Source: Octopus vulgaris
Lineage: Eukaryota
Assembly: GCA_951406725.2 (NCBI GenBank)
Contig: CATOCA020000001.1
Span: forward strand, 7,688,001-7,752,000
Direction: 5' to 3'
DNA: 64,000 nucleotides
Shown: in pieces, positions 34,471-53,864 of the stretch
Position numbering within the stretch: the stretch's first letter is position 1
Layout of the letters: each line of letters opens with the position of its first letter
Notes under the pieces: generated by a model
Told to the model about the DNA's origin: nothing
The model's input: only the letters and a program-made list of their open reading frames with translations
The model's database searches: none
Translations under genes and position numbers: made by a program

Positions 34471-34683
34471 GTCTCTATCTACTCGCTAACACTCACGCTA
34501 CAATATACACACATATACCTTTAATCAAACATACATTCACCCTACATGTATGTATGTATGTATGTATGTATGAATGTATGTATGTATGTATGAATGAATG
34601 TATGCATGTATGCATATATGTATGTATGTATGCATATTTATATATATATGTATGTATGTATGCACATTAATATACACATGTAT

Positions 34684-35340
<657 letters not shown>

Positions 35341-35665
35341 ATCGACTGGTCCCCTCCCCGAAAATTTTCGGGCCTTGTGTATGTATGTATGCGTGAGTGT
35401 ATGTATGTATGTATGATCTATGTATATATGTTTCTGTGTGTGTATGTAAGATGCATGTATATATGTTTCTTATTGTGTATACATGCAATTATGTATATTT
35501 CTATGTATGTATATGATTTGTATAAATGAAGAAAGTGAGAGAGAGCGGAAGAGAAGGAGAGAGACAGGAAAGATGAAAACTAAAAAAATAGGACTTCTTG
35601 GGAGTGATATATAAAATATTTATATATGTAAATAGAAAGAAACAAAACACTGATGAACATCCAAG

Positions 35666-35699
<34 letters not shown>

Positions 35700-35761
35700 A
35701 ATGTATCTACGTATATACGTATGTAAATATATATATATTTATGTACATATATATGTATATA

Positions 35762-35801
<40 letters not shown>

Positions 35802-35833
35802 TATATATATATATATACGTACATATATATATT

Positions 35834-35873
<40 letters not shown>

Positions 35874-35910
35874 CATACATACGTACATATATATATAAAT
35901 ATATATATAT

Positions 35911-35968
<58 letters not shown>

Positions 35969-35973
35969 AGAGA

Positions 35974-36004
<31 letters not shown>

Positions 36005-36296
36005 TATGTCCCGAATTTAAGGCAATTGGGCTTAAATGACAATATATAAATGTGGTAAGTTGTGAAAATCATACAACATTATAAAAGTTTTGTGTCCCTT
36101 CCTTTTCTTTCAGACTAAAGAAGTAAAGTTTTATTTATTAAGTAATGGCTACAGAACGAAATACAATCGTAAGCCACAGTAATACACAGGCACACACACA
36201 TACATGAATATATATTTGTAAATAAATATATCCCTACATATATGCATACATACATTCATAAATGGTTGCACACACCTAAACACTTGCACACAAATA

Positions 36297-36494
36297 TACT
36301 CTTTTACTTGTTTCAGTCAGTTGACTGTGGCCATGCTGGAGCACCGCCTTTAATCGAGCAAATCGACCCCGGGACTTATTCTTTTTGTAAGCCCGGTACT
36401 TATTCTATCGGTCTCTTTTTGCCGAACCGCTAAGTAACGGGGACGGAATCACACCAGCATCGGTTGTCAAGTAATACTAGGGGAACAAACACAG

Positions 36495-36535
<41 letters not shown>

Positions 36536-36662
36536 ACAGGCTTCTTTCAGTTTCTGTCTACCAAATCCACTCACAAGGCATTGGACGGCCCGGGGCTATA
36601 GCAGAAAACTCTTGCCCAAGATGCCACGCAGTGGGACTGAACCCGGAACCATGTGGTTGGTT
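36297..36662 (-). mobile_element. SINE-A truncated at the duplication B junction
   Basis: Ends at ggaaccatgtggttggtt, where copy 2 begins. The equivalent element is complete at 51503-51938. Confidence 0.8.
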
Positions 36663-41900
<5,238 letters not shown>

Positions 41901-41903
41901 ATA

Positions 41904-41958
<55 letters not shown>

Positions 41959-41967
41959 GTACATATA

Positions 41968-42133
<166 letters not shown>

Positions 42134-42162
42134 GTATATATATATATACACACACACACACA

Positions 42163-42223
<61 letters not shown>

Positions 42224-42283
42224 ACACACACACACCACACCTACACACTCCCACCCACACCCACACAACACACACACACACAC

Positions 42284-42317
<34 letters not shown>

Positions 42318-42502
42318 ACACACACACATAACACATATTCAAATATATACCCCATATATACCAAATTTGATTTTTTTTTTTTGTTGTGTTTTTTTTTTTT
42401 GTTTTTTTTTTTGTGTTGTTTTTGTGTTTTGTGTTGGTTTTTGTGTTTTGTGGTGGTGGTGTGGTTGTGATAGTGGTGGTGTTGTGATGTTGGTATTGTT
42501 GT

Positions 42503-42534
<32 letters not shown>

Positions 42535-43250
42535 TTTTTTTTGTGTAGTGTGTTGTGTGTTTTTTTATTTTTTTGTGTGTTTTATTTGTTACGCTATCAA
42601 AATATTAAAAATTTTTTGAAATATTTTTTTATTTAACACCGATCTATTAATGATTTGTGAAAGTGGTTCACCATGAACTTTCCATGATATAATAGGAAAG
42701 AAATACTTTCCGACTGAGATATGTATTTTGTTTTTTTTTTCTTTTGTTTTTTTTTTTTTTTTTTTAATTTACTAGCTCTATTTCTTTTGTCAAATATTTC
42801 TGGACTCGATAAATGGGGAGTTTTTATATATGCATAATTTTTTATTGTGTGTATATTTTTTGTTTTTTTGCGAGTGGTGTTTGCCAGTATTTAAGTTAAA
42901 TATTGTATTTAAAAATATTTTCTTCACGTTTATAATTAACGTAATTTTTTAATCAAAGAAATAGTTAATTAGTGTCGAGTTTGTCTGTGTCATACTGATT
43001 TAGGTTATGGTATACAGCAAGTACATCCTTTCTAAGAAAAACTGTGGGGTACCACTGAAAAAATAAAAAATTTAAGAGCAGTGAATAATCAGACAGTTGC
43101 CAACCGAGTTAGAGTATCACTGTCAAATGAAAAAGGTGAATAATTATATTAGCTTTGTTTCTGCATTCACTCCTTCGTGTTCAGAAACAAAAAAAATTCT
43201 ACAGCTTTGTTCCAGTATATATATATATATATATATAAAAATATATATAT

Positions 43251-43303
<53 letters not shown>

Positions 43304-43411
43304 TGATTATATATATACATATATATATGTATATGATCCTAATTCAAAATATATATATATATATGTATATGTATATATATATATGAAAAAAAAATATAAA
43401 AAAAATATAAA

Positions 43412-43480
<69 letters not shown>

Positions 43481-43483
<3 letters not shown>

Positions 43484-43820
43484 GGGTAAAGACCCCCTTC
43501 GGTCATGAATGACCATGGGATTGCACCTAGAAAGTTACCCTCCTAGACACAAGTCCGGGCAAGGTTGTTTATGGAAGACCAGCAGTCGCCCATGCATACC
43601 AGCCTCCCCTCTCCAGGCCACCAGTGTTATCCAAGGGAAAGACAAAGGTCGATACAGCTTGGCACCAGTGACGTCGCAACTCATTTCTACAGCTGAGTGA
43701 GCTGGAGCAACGTGAAATAAAGGGCCTTGCTCAAGAACACAACACGTAGCCCGGTCCGGGATTCGAGTTCACAACCTCATGATCGTAAGGTCGACGCTCT
43801 AACCACTGAGCCATGCGCTT
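43481..43820 (-). mobile_element. tRNA-derived SINE-E (duplicate at 60319-60659)
   Basis: Minus head gcgcatggctcagtggttagagcgtc...ctcgaatccc, core gtgttcttgagcaagg, and a distinct tail ending ggtcattcatgaccgaagggggtc. Flanked by (TA)n. Confidence 0.8.
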
Positions 43821-43825
43821 ATAAT

Positions 43826-44023
<198 letters not shown>

Positions 44024-44117
44024 TATCCAATCATGAAACCACAAAAATCACAACAACGCGAGGACGTGGAACAAATATAGTATTATTGGACGCTCAGGAA
44101 AGATGGTAAGAAGGAGG

Positions 44118-44152
44118 GTTTAACGTTTCGAGCGGAGCTCTTCGTAGGAAAC
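44118..44152 (-). ncRNA. Degenerate minimal hammerhead ribozyme fold in a Penelope-like repeat (44020-44225; duplicate 60931-60965)
   Basis: Minus: GUUU-CCUACGA-A-GAGC-ucc-GCUC-GAAAC-GUU-AAAC. Stems I and II pair; the core differs from CUGACGA at 2 positions. Confidence 0.55.
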
Positions 44153-44236
44153 ATAGGAGAAGGAAAGATCCAGAGAAGGGTAGACAGAGGGAAAAACAAT
44201 CGCCAACGGTACACACGCGGTCATATGTATATGTTG

Positions 44237-44915
44237 GATGTGTGGTAAGTAGCTATCTAACCAATCACATGGTTCCGGTTTCAGCATGGCAGCGCAGGAA
44301 AGTGTCTTCTACTATATCCTCGATCCGAAAAAAGCTTTTTGAGCGGATTTGGTAGACGGAAACTGAAAGAAGCCCGTTGTATATGTATATGTTTGTGTGT
44401 CTGTGCTTGTGCACCCACCATCGCTTGACAACCGATGTTGGAGTGTTTACGTCTCCAAAATATAGCGGTCCGGCAAAGAAGAATGATAGAATAAGTAATA
44501 GGCTTACAAAGAATTAATGCTGAGGTTGATTTGTTCGACTGAAGACAAACTCTAGTATGGCCGCATTTAAGGGACTGAAACGAATAAAAGAAAAATATAT
44601 ACATATAAATATATACATTTGTGTGTGTGTGCATATATGTGTAAAATATGTATGTATATATATATATATGCATGTGTGTGTGTATGTAATTTATGTGTAT
44701 GTATGTATGTATATTTATATATATATATCTGTGTGTGTGTTTGTATTATATGTATGTATGTATATATATGTATGTATGTATAATTAGCTTGCAAACCAAC
44801 CATATGGTTCCAGGTTCAGTCCCACTACATGGCACCGTCGACAATTGTCTTCTGCTATAGCATCGTTTCCGACCAGAGCCTTTTGAGTGGATTTGGTAGA
44901 CGGAAACCGAAAGAT
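44237..44915 (+). mobile_element. Two diverged SINE-A copies (44237-44590, 44787-44915; duplicates 61050-61725)
   Basis: ggatttggtagacggaaac.gaaaga core and a diverged tail. Confidence 0.75.
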
Positions 44916-45237
44916 GTGTAATTAATATCTTTATCTCTCTATAGATTTAGAATTTTTATTCTCCTGTCATTATTCTTCTGTCATCTGATTAATTCTTTTA
45001 TATTCCGTGAATTCTCTGTCTGGAACTACCCTGCATACACGTGGTCTCTGACGACGGACTACCCTGTCCGGAGATGCTGACCCATCACCTGTGTTATCCC
45101 AGATACTGAGACTTTAATTACTTCTACTTCTCCATTTTTCATTCAACTCTAATTAAATATTCTAAATGACCCGAGATACTCGACCTGCTTTGATTTTCAT
45201 TTATTTTCCTTTAATATGTATGTATGTATGTATGTAG

Positions 45238-45318
<81 letters not shown>

Positions 45319-45415
45319 TATATTTATATAAAGGTATGTACGTATTTGTATATATATAAATTTATATATATATGTATGTATATATGTATGCATATATATA
45401 TATGTATATATATAG

Positions 45416-45450
<35 letters not shown>

Positions 45451-45702
45451 AAAGAAGTTTTCGTGAGTTGAATTGAGCAATCACTATATGAGAGAGATTT
45501 TCTTTAAGTATTAGAAATAGTTTTAAAAAAGTTTTTTTAGCTACTATTTCTAATGAGTTCAGTATGTGGCAAAGTAATTTATTTTACTAAGCCCTTTTAT
45601 ATAATGTAATAATTTGAATTCGCCTTAAATGGTCCCTTTACATACTGAACACTTGGTGAAATTGATTAATAATTAATTAATTAATTTTACCCTCAATTGT
45701 TA

Positions 45703-45779
<77 letters not shown>

Positions 45780-46228
45780 GTATACATATGTATTTGTGTG
45801 TGTGTGTGTACGACAAGCTTCTTTCACTGTCCGTCTTGTTTATAGCAGAGATCGTTTCCTCTAGGTGCCACGCGGTGGCACTGAACCAGAAACAAACTGC
45901 TGACCACACAGCCACGCCTATACCTGTAACGCTTGTCTACGTGTCTGTGTGTGTGTCCATACATATATCACTATATACACGTTTCTAATTATATGTGTGT
46001 AAGTATGCATGTGTGTGCCTGTGTATATACAGATAATTCGATTGAATGTTAAGGTGTCGGACGATGTCAGGCAGAGAGATTATGACGTCACAAGAACAAA
46101 ATAGATTTAAAGAGAGAGCTTGTCATTCTCTTCTCTTCTCTCACTCTCTCCCCAAACCTTTCTTCTCTCATAATAATTACATCGAAAAATACCTTAGAAA
46201 TGAGAACCCAGGTTCGAAATTTCCCCAC

Positions 46229-46274
46229 GACACCTGATGAAAGCTGGAGGGTATATCAAGCGAAGCGTTGTGTT
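46229..46274 (+). ncRNA. Degenerate minimal hammerhead fold (duplicate 63026-63071)
   Basis: GACAC-CUGAUGA-A-agcug...caagc-GAAGC-GUU-GUGUU; same family as 57136-57181. Confidence 0.55.
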
Positions 46275-46371
46275 AATAATAAACAAGATGAGGACGAATA
46301 TCCGTCAAATGTAAATAATGTAAATAAGAAGTTTTATCGTTTCAAATTTTTTAATTCTTTTCTTGTTTCAG

Positions 46372-46483
46372 CGTATTTTTGACCACCACCAAAATGACCA
46401 AGATTGTATTTTTAGCTGCATTACTAAAGGCATTATGTGACTTCGGACTGTTCATTGCTTATACTGTCAATATAGTCGAGTGA
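46372..46483 (+). other. Candidate ATG-containing exon or small ORF, signal-peptide-like (duplicate 63169-63280)
   Basis: Strong pyrimidine tract plus CAG acceptor (46370-46371), then caaaATG at 46394: MTKIVFLAALLKALCDFGLFIAYTVNIVE*. No convincing donor. Confidence 0.25.
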
Positions 46484-46563
46484 AATACCTGACGTGTATC
46501 TAAAGGAAATGTTGACCGGCCATAATCAAGGATATTCTATTCGATAACAACTTCAAAGGGAGC

Positions 46564-46631
<68 letters not shown>

Positions 46632-46782
46632 TGTGTGTGTATGTGTACATATATATAACGGGAAGGGGAGAGGGAGAGGAGAAGGGGCAGAAGGAGAGAA
46701 AGGGAGTGAGGGATATATATATGCATAAATATATATATATATATGTATGTATGTATATATATATATATATGTATATATGTAT

Positions 46783-46820
<38 letters not shown>

Positions 46821-46879
46821 TTATACATACAAATATATATACATATACATATATATATTAAGAGAGAGTGAGAGGGTGG

Positions 46880-47045
46880 TATATTAAGGACTGTGTAAGG
46901 AAATCACATGGAGTGTCAGTTGGAATTGATCCAAAAGCCATAGAAACCCTTGCTTCAGACCGAGTTGAATGACAAACAAAATTGCAGTGAAAGTTTTGAA
47001 GAAGCCAGGATGACCCAATCAAAACTGAAAACAAAATTAAAGAAA
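46880..47045 (+). mobile_element. Decayed RTE-clade LINE ORF C-terminal fragment (duplicate 63697-63860)
   Basis: IKDCVRKS...[19 protein letters not shown] resembles the RTE motif KD..K..L...GI....WE.LA.DR..WR. Confidence 0.65.
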
Positions 47046-47768
47046 TATGTTATTATCAACGAGAAAAGGAATCTCAACAATTTCTTTTGTGTGTGAGCAT
47101 ATTTTCTGAAAATTCTATTACTGTACTAATTTTCTCCACCAAGTTCACAGCTTAACTACAGCTCTTGGTAGTCCAAACCGGGTATGCAATTTAAGCGAGA
47201 AGAAAAAAGAAAGATGAGACCGATAGAACACGTACCAGGTTTTTTCTAAAACAAATCAGTTCTAAGGTCGATTTGTTCCACTAAAACACTTCAAGGTGTT
47301 GCTCTAGCATGGCCGCACTCAGATAAGTGAAACAAATAAACGAGTATTGTATAGACTAAGCTCATTTTGTGGAGGCACATGGCCTAGAAAATCGGAAAAC
47401 TGATCAATTGAATTCTTGTGATGCATATGTATGCATGTATGTATAAATATATGTATGCGTGTATGTATGTATGTATGTATGTATGTATGTATGTATGTAT
47501 GTATGTATGTATGTGTGTATATATGTATGTATGACGTATGTATATATGTTTCTGGGTATGTATGTATGTTTCTTATTGTGTATACATGTAACTATTTATA
47601 TTTCTATGTATGTATGTGATTTGTATAAATGAAGAAAGTGAGAGAGGGCGGAAGAGAAGGAGAGAGACAGGAAAGATGAAAACTAAAAAAATAGGACTTC
47701 TTGGGAGTGATATATAAAATATTTATATATGTAAATAGAAAGAAACAAAATACTGAAGAACATTTAAT

Positions 47769-47813
<45 letters not shown>

Positions 47814-47862
47814 CATATATATGTGTGTGTGTGTATGTGTGCGTGTGAGTGAGTCTCTGTGA

Positions 47863-47934
<72 letters not shown>

Positions 47935-48142
47935 ATACATATGAGAGAGAGAGAGAAATACAATCATAACCCACCGCAAATTAGGCGAAAGTAATACACA
48001 GGCACACACACATACTTGAATATATATTTGTAAATAAATATATTCCTACATATATGCATACATACATTCATAGATTGATGCACACACATAAACACATGCA
48101 CACAAATATATGCATATATATATATATGTGTGTGTGTGTGTG

Positions 48143-48204
<62 letters not shown>

Positions 48205-48721
48205 TATATTGATGTTATGAGACGTAATGGTGTAAATAAGACCCAGAGGTGTCAGGTAATAATACTTTGAATACTACGTAAATACTATAGCAGCTTACAC
48301 ACAAGGTACAGGAATCTTTTCGGTAAACAATTCTGCCTAAATAATGGAACTACAGGTACAATATCCCTGCATATCTCACATCTATTTTCATTCCTCCACT
48401 CCACTCTCTATTTCATATCTTATCTAGAATAACAATTGCTTAACCATCTTCTCACACCGTCTCTGATGAAGGGGTATATAAATTATCACGGAAACAGCTC
48501 TAAGACCATCTCTTTATAAATGTCCTGAGATCTTTCACAGCCTGAGATTTTTATTTCATTCTATTAATTTTTTTTCATATCTACGCATGCTGATATATGA
48601 GAAACGTTGGACTCCTCATTTCCTTCATCACCGAACATGGAGCTTAACTACGGTTTGTCCATAGCAATTACTCAGCATTACCTAACACCTTTGGGATTTT
48701 TTGACCCCATTACCTCTCATA

Positions 48722-48769
<48 letters not shown>

Positions 48770-48975
48770 GGAACGGCGACTAGAAGAGAAAAGCTAGAGC
48801 TGGAGAGAAAAGATTACGACGGAAGGAGCGCCAACAACAACCACGTGCGACTCTCCCTTCCGGCACTAGATGTCCGCACTATGACCGATCATTTCAAGCA
48901 AGAATTGGTCTTATCGGTCACGTGCGGACTCACCAGAAAATTTGCGCGAAGACCATCATCCTCGACCTTGAGTGG

Positions 48976-49037
<62 letters not shown>

Positions 49038-49240
49038 GGGAGAGAGAGAGAGAGAAAGAGAGTCAGTATGAGACAATATATTAGACAAAGTTTAATAATC
49101 TTCATCAAATAAATAAAATGAAGCAGACTGGATGTTAAAATGGATGATCCTTTTATTTCATAATCCCATCCCAGACAATTGTTTCTGAGAAAAAAAACAA
49201 GATATCTACAAAGAGATTGAAAGGAAAATAAAGAAAAAGA
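48205..49240 (+). repeat. Older paralogue of 54150-54870, made of Penelope-like terminal-repeat fragments
   Basis: Colinear with 54150-54870 and 55470-56080; contains a hammerhead fold at 48459-48506. Confidence 0.8.
48767..48983 (+). mobile_element. RTE-clade LINE extreme 3' end with a decayed C2H2 finger, inside (TA)n
   Basis: Frame from 48784: KRKARAGEKRLRRKERQQQPRATLPSGTRCPHYDRSFQARIGLIGHVRTH. Absent from the paralogous (TA)n at 54650-54677 and 55855-55891. Confidence 0.8.
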
Positions 49241-49732
49241 TTTTTAATATATATATATATATATATATATTATATTATTATATTATATTAAAATCTTTTA
49301 ATAATTTTTGGTTAGTTTAAAATTTTAAAAATTTTTTACATTGAATAAAATAATAATATAAATATTAAAACATAACAAAAATTAAAAGTTTAAAAATGTG
49401 TAAATTTAAAATTTAAAATATAAAAAAAAATTCTAAATATAAATTCAAAAATTTTATATTATTTGAATTTTAAATTTTATATTTTATATATATATTGTAT
49501 ATTATATTAATTATTTTTATTCTCATGTTATGGTTTATGTTTTTCAGTGTTTGATTTGCCTAATAGGGGTTTTATCTCTAATTTAATTTATATTTATATT
49601 GTGAAATTTGATTTAATCTTCAATCTAATTTTTCCCTGTAAGTTTGGAGTCAAACTCCCTAATATTATTAATATTATTATATATATATAAATATAAATAT
49701 AAATATAAATACACACACACATATAAATATAT

Positions 49733-49791
<59 letters not shown>

Positions 49792-49799
<8 letters not shown>

Positions 49800-50105
49800 C
49801 CAATTAAGGACTGAACACGAAAAGTGGACAGTCAACATGCTAGATATAGACGTCAAATCGCCATTCACCACAAAAGATTATGTTCTCAGATCAAACTCAA
49901 CACAAAACCATAGCAATAAACAAGTGAAAAATATAAGAAATAAAATAATTATTTTATTTCTTATATTTTTCACTTGTTTATTGCTATGGTTTTGTGTTGA
50001 GTTTGATCTGAGAACATAATCTTTTGTGGTGAATGGCGATTTGACGTCTATATCTAGCATGTTGACTGTCCACTTTTCGTGTTCAGTCCTTAATTGGTAT
50101 ATATA
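49792..50105. repeat. Perfect spacer-less 314-bp palindrome
   Basis: Centre between 49948 and 49949. The same 60-aa ORF is reported on both strands (49837..50019 + and 49878..50060 -). Confidence 0.95.
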
Positions 50106-50182
50106 AATATTTTAATCTTCGGATTCTTTTTTAATATGCTAGACCACTGGTCTTAATTGATAAATATCAATTTCTACCCTTA

Positions 50183-50279
<97 letters not shown>

Positions 50280-50644
50280 ATGTGTGTTTGTCTGTGTGTG
50301 AGGCGCAGTGGACCAGTGGTTAGGTTAGCGGTCTCGCGGTTTCGATTCCCAGACCGGGCGTTGTGAGTTTATTTGTATATAAAAATGTCTGACCTGATTT
50401 TTGACTAAGAAGCCTGCAGTCGTTAATGTTAAGTCAAGTGTGACTCAGTTTCAACTTTCTACACACACACACATACACACACACACACATGCACACACAC
50501 ACATACACACACACACATACACACACACACTCACACAAACACACACACACACACATACACACACACACTCAACACACTAGCACAGGTAAACACACAGGTG
50601 ACTCAGACTAACAATTACTGCTATATCCTGCCCACCCAAAGGTG

Positions 50645-51125
50645 ATCTATGTATATATGTTTCTGTGTGTGTATGTAAGATGCATGTATATATGTTTCTT
50701 ATTGTGTATACATGCAATTATGTATATTTCTATGTATGTATATGATTTGTATAAATGAAGAAAGTGAGAGAGGGCGGAAGAGAAGGAGAGAGACAGGAAA
50801 GATGAAAACTAAAAAAATAGGACTTCTTGGGAGTGATATATAAAATATTTATATATGTAAATAGAAAGAAACAAAACACTGATGAACATCCAAGTATATA
50901 TATTTATGTATGTGTGTGTGTGTGTGTGTGTGTGTGAATGTATCTACGTATATACGTATGTAAGTATACATATATTTATGTACATATATATGTATATATG
51001 TGCATAAATATATATATATATGTATATATATAAATATATATGCATACATACGTACATATATATATATTTACATATATATATATATTTATATATATATATA
51101 TATATATACATACATACGTACATAT

Positions 51126-51172
<47 letters not shown>

Positions 51173-51710
51173 AGAGAGAGAGAGAGGGAGAGATAGAGAG
51201 AAAGAGAGAGTATGTCCCGAATTTAAGGCAATTGGGCTTAAATGACAATATATAAATGTGGTAAGTTGTGAAAATCATACAACATTATAACAGTTTTGTG
51301 TCCCTTCCTTTTCTTTCAGACTAAAGAAATAAAGATTTATTTATTAAGTAATGGCTACAGAACGAAATACAATCGTAAGCCAGAGTAATACACAGGCACA
51401 CACACATACATGAATATATATTTGTAAATAAATATATCCCTACATATATGCATACATACATTCATAAATGGTTGCACACACCTAAACACTTGCACACAAA
51501 TATACTCTTTTACTCTTTTACTTGTTTCAGTCAGTTGACTGTGGCCATGCTGGAGCACCGCCTTTAGTCGAGCAAATCGACCCCGGGACTTATTCTTTTT
51601 GTAAGCGCGGTACTTATTCTATCGGTCTCTTTTTGCCGAACCGCTAAGTGACGGGGACGGAATCACACCAGCATCGGTTGTCAAGCAATGCTAGGGGAAC
51701 AAACACAGAT

Positions 51711-51774
<64 letters not shown>

Positions 51775-51900
51775 ACGACAGGCTTCTTTCAGTTTCCGTC
51801 TACAAAATCCCTCACAAGGCATTGGTCGGCCCGGGGCTATAGCAGAAGACACCTGCCCAAGATGCCACGCAGTGGAACTGAACCCGGAACCATGTGGTTG
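50645..51900 (+). repeat. Further copy of 35415-36660 (partial copy also at 47570-48110)
   Basis: atctatgtatatatgtttctgtg...gaagaaagtgagagag...agtatgtcccgaatttaaggcaattggg is colinear. Confidence 0.85.
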
Positions 51901-52330
51901 GTAAGCAAGCTACTTACCACACAGCAACTCCTGCGCCTATATATGCATATATATATACTCTTTTACTGTTTTACTTGTTTCAGTCATTTGACTGCGGCCA
52001 TGCTGGAGCACCGTCTTTAGTCGAGCAAATCGACCCCGGAACTTATTCTTTGTAAGCCCAGTACTTATTTTATCGGTCTCTTTTGCTAAACCGCTAAGTG
52101 ACGGGGACGTGAACACACCAGCATCGGTTGTGAAGCAATGCTAGAGGGACGAACACAGATACACAAACATATATATATATATTTCAGTTTCCGTCAACCA
52201 AATCCACTCACAAGGCGTTGTTCGGCCCGAGGCGATAGTAAAGACACTTGCCCAAGATGCTACGCAGTGGGACTGAACCCGGAACCTTGTGGTTGGTAAG
52301 CAAGCTACTTACCACACAGCCACTCCTGCG

Positions 52331-52332
<2 letters not shown>
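51503..52332 (-). mobile_element. Two head-to-tail SINE-A copies (51503-51938, 51957-52332)
   Basis: Two consecutive reverse-complement SINE-A units. Confidence 0.85.
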
Positions 52333-52385
<53 letters not shown>

Positions 52386-52447
52386 AAGAGAGAGAGATGA
52401 AGGGATATATATATATACAAACATACATACAGACATACATACACACA

Positions 52448-52488
<41 letters not shown>

Positions 52489-52547
52489 ATATAAATATAT
52501 ATATATATATATACACAAATATATGCACACAAAAATCCATACACACA

Positions 52548-52649
<102 letters not shown>

Positions 52650-52958
52650 ATGAGCATACATATTTGTCCATATATATACCTACCTATACATCTATATATA
52701 TAAATGCAGACATGTAATTATGTGTGTATAACCTTGGCAATAATAGTGATTACTTGTATGTAAAAATGTCTGACCTGATTTTTTGACTAAGAAGCCTGCA
52801 GTCGTTAATGTTAAGTCAAGTGTGACTCATTGCAACATTCTACACACACACTCACACACACACACACTCACACATACACATACACACAACACACTAGCAC
52901 AGGTAAACACACAGGTGACTCAGACCAACAATTACTGCTATATCCTGCCCACCCAAAG

Positions 52959-53730
52959 GTGGCGAGCTGCAGAAACTTTAGCGCGCCGGGCGAAATGCGT
53001 AGCCGTATTTCGTCGCCGCTAAGTACTGAGTTCAAATTCCGCCGAGGTCGACTTTGCCTTTCATCCTTTCGGGATGGGTAAATTAAGTACCAGTTACGCG
53101 CTGGGGTCGATGTAATCGACTTAATCTGTTTGTCTGTCCTTGTTTGTCACCTCTATGTTTAGCCCTTTGTGGATATTAAGGAAACAGATATTTTGCCCGT
53201 CGATATGTTTCGAGTTCAAATTCAGCCGAGGTCAAATTTCCCTTTCATTAGTACGGGGTCGATAAATTAATTACCAGTTACGCACTGGGGGATCGATATA
53301 ATCGACGTAATCGGTTTGTCTGTCATTGTCTTCCTCTGTCCCCTCTATGTTTAGCCCCTTGTGGGTAATAAAGAAACAGATATTTTGCCCGTCGATATGT
53401 TTCGAGTTCAAATTCAGCCGAGGTCGACTTTGCCTTTCATTAGTACGGGGTCGATAAATTAATTACCAGTTACGCACTGGGGGATCGATATAATCGACGT
53501 AATCGGTTTGTCTGTCATTGTCTGTCCCCTCTATGTTTAGCCCCTTGTGGGTAATAAAGAAACAGATATTTTGCCCGTCGATACATTTTGAGTTCAAATT
53601 CAGCCGAGGTCGACTTTGCCTTTCATCATTTCGGGATCGATAAATTAAGTACCAGTCAAAGAATGAAGGTCGATGCATTCGACTTGTCCCCTCCCCCAAA
53701 TTTCACACCTTGTGCCCATTGTAGAACTAT
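52959..53730 (+). mobile_element. SINE-B with four tandem ~190-bp central units (paralogue 58937-59330 has two)
   Basis: gagttcaaattc.gccgaggtc recurs at ~53028, ~53212, ~53404 and ~53590. Confidence 0.85.
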
Positions 53731-53786
53731 ATATCTTGTATCAATGGTTTTTTATTCACTTTCTCTATTCCTCACTCACTCTTTAT

Positions 53787-53864
<78 letters not shown>

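Noticed and set aside
35650-35665. CTGATGA as a hammerhead core (also 3551)
   Set aside because: No stem II or GAAA follows, so it is a chance heptamer.
42965-43055. Possible minus-strand terminal exon (WYPTVFLRKDVLAVYHNLNQYDTDKLDTN*) after a ttttttatttttcag acceptor
   Set aside because: No recognisable homology, and it lies beside a low-quality region.
43745-43820. Functional tRNA genes at SINE heads (also 27998, 57040, 58002)
   Set aside because: A/B-box-like motifs are present, but I could not fold convincing cloverleafs and they run into repeat bodies.
49837-50060. Identical 60-aa protein encoded on both strands
   Set aside because: A trivial consequence of the DNA palindrome.
52959-53730. 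CRISPR-like array
   Set aside because: Eukaryotic context; the ~190-bp units are wholly repeated with no unique spacers and no cas genes.
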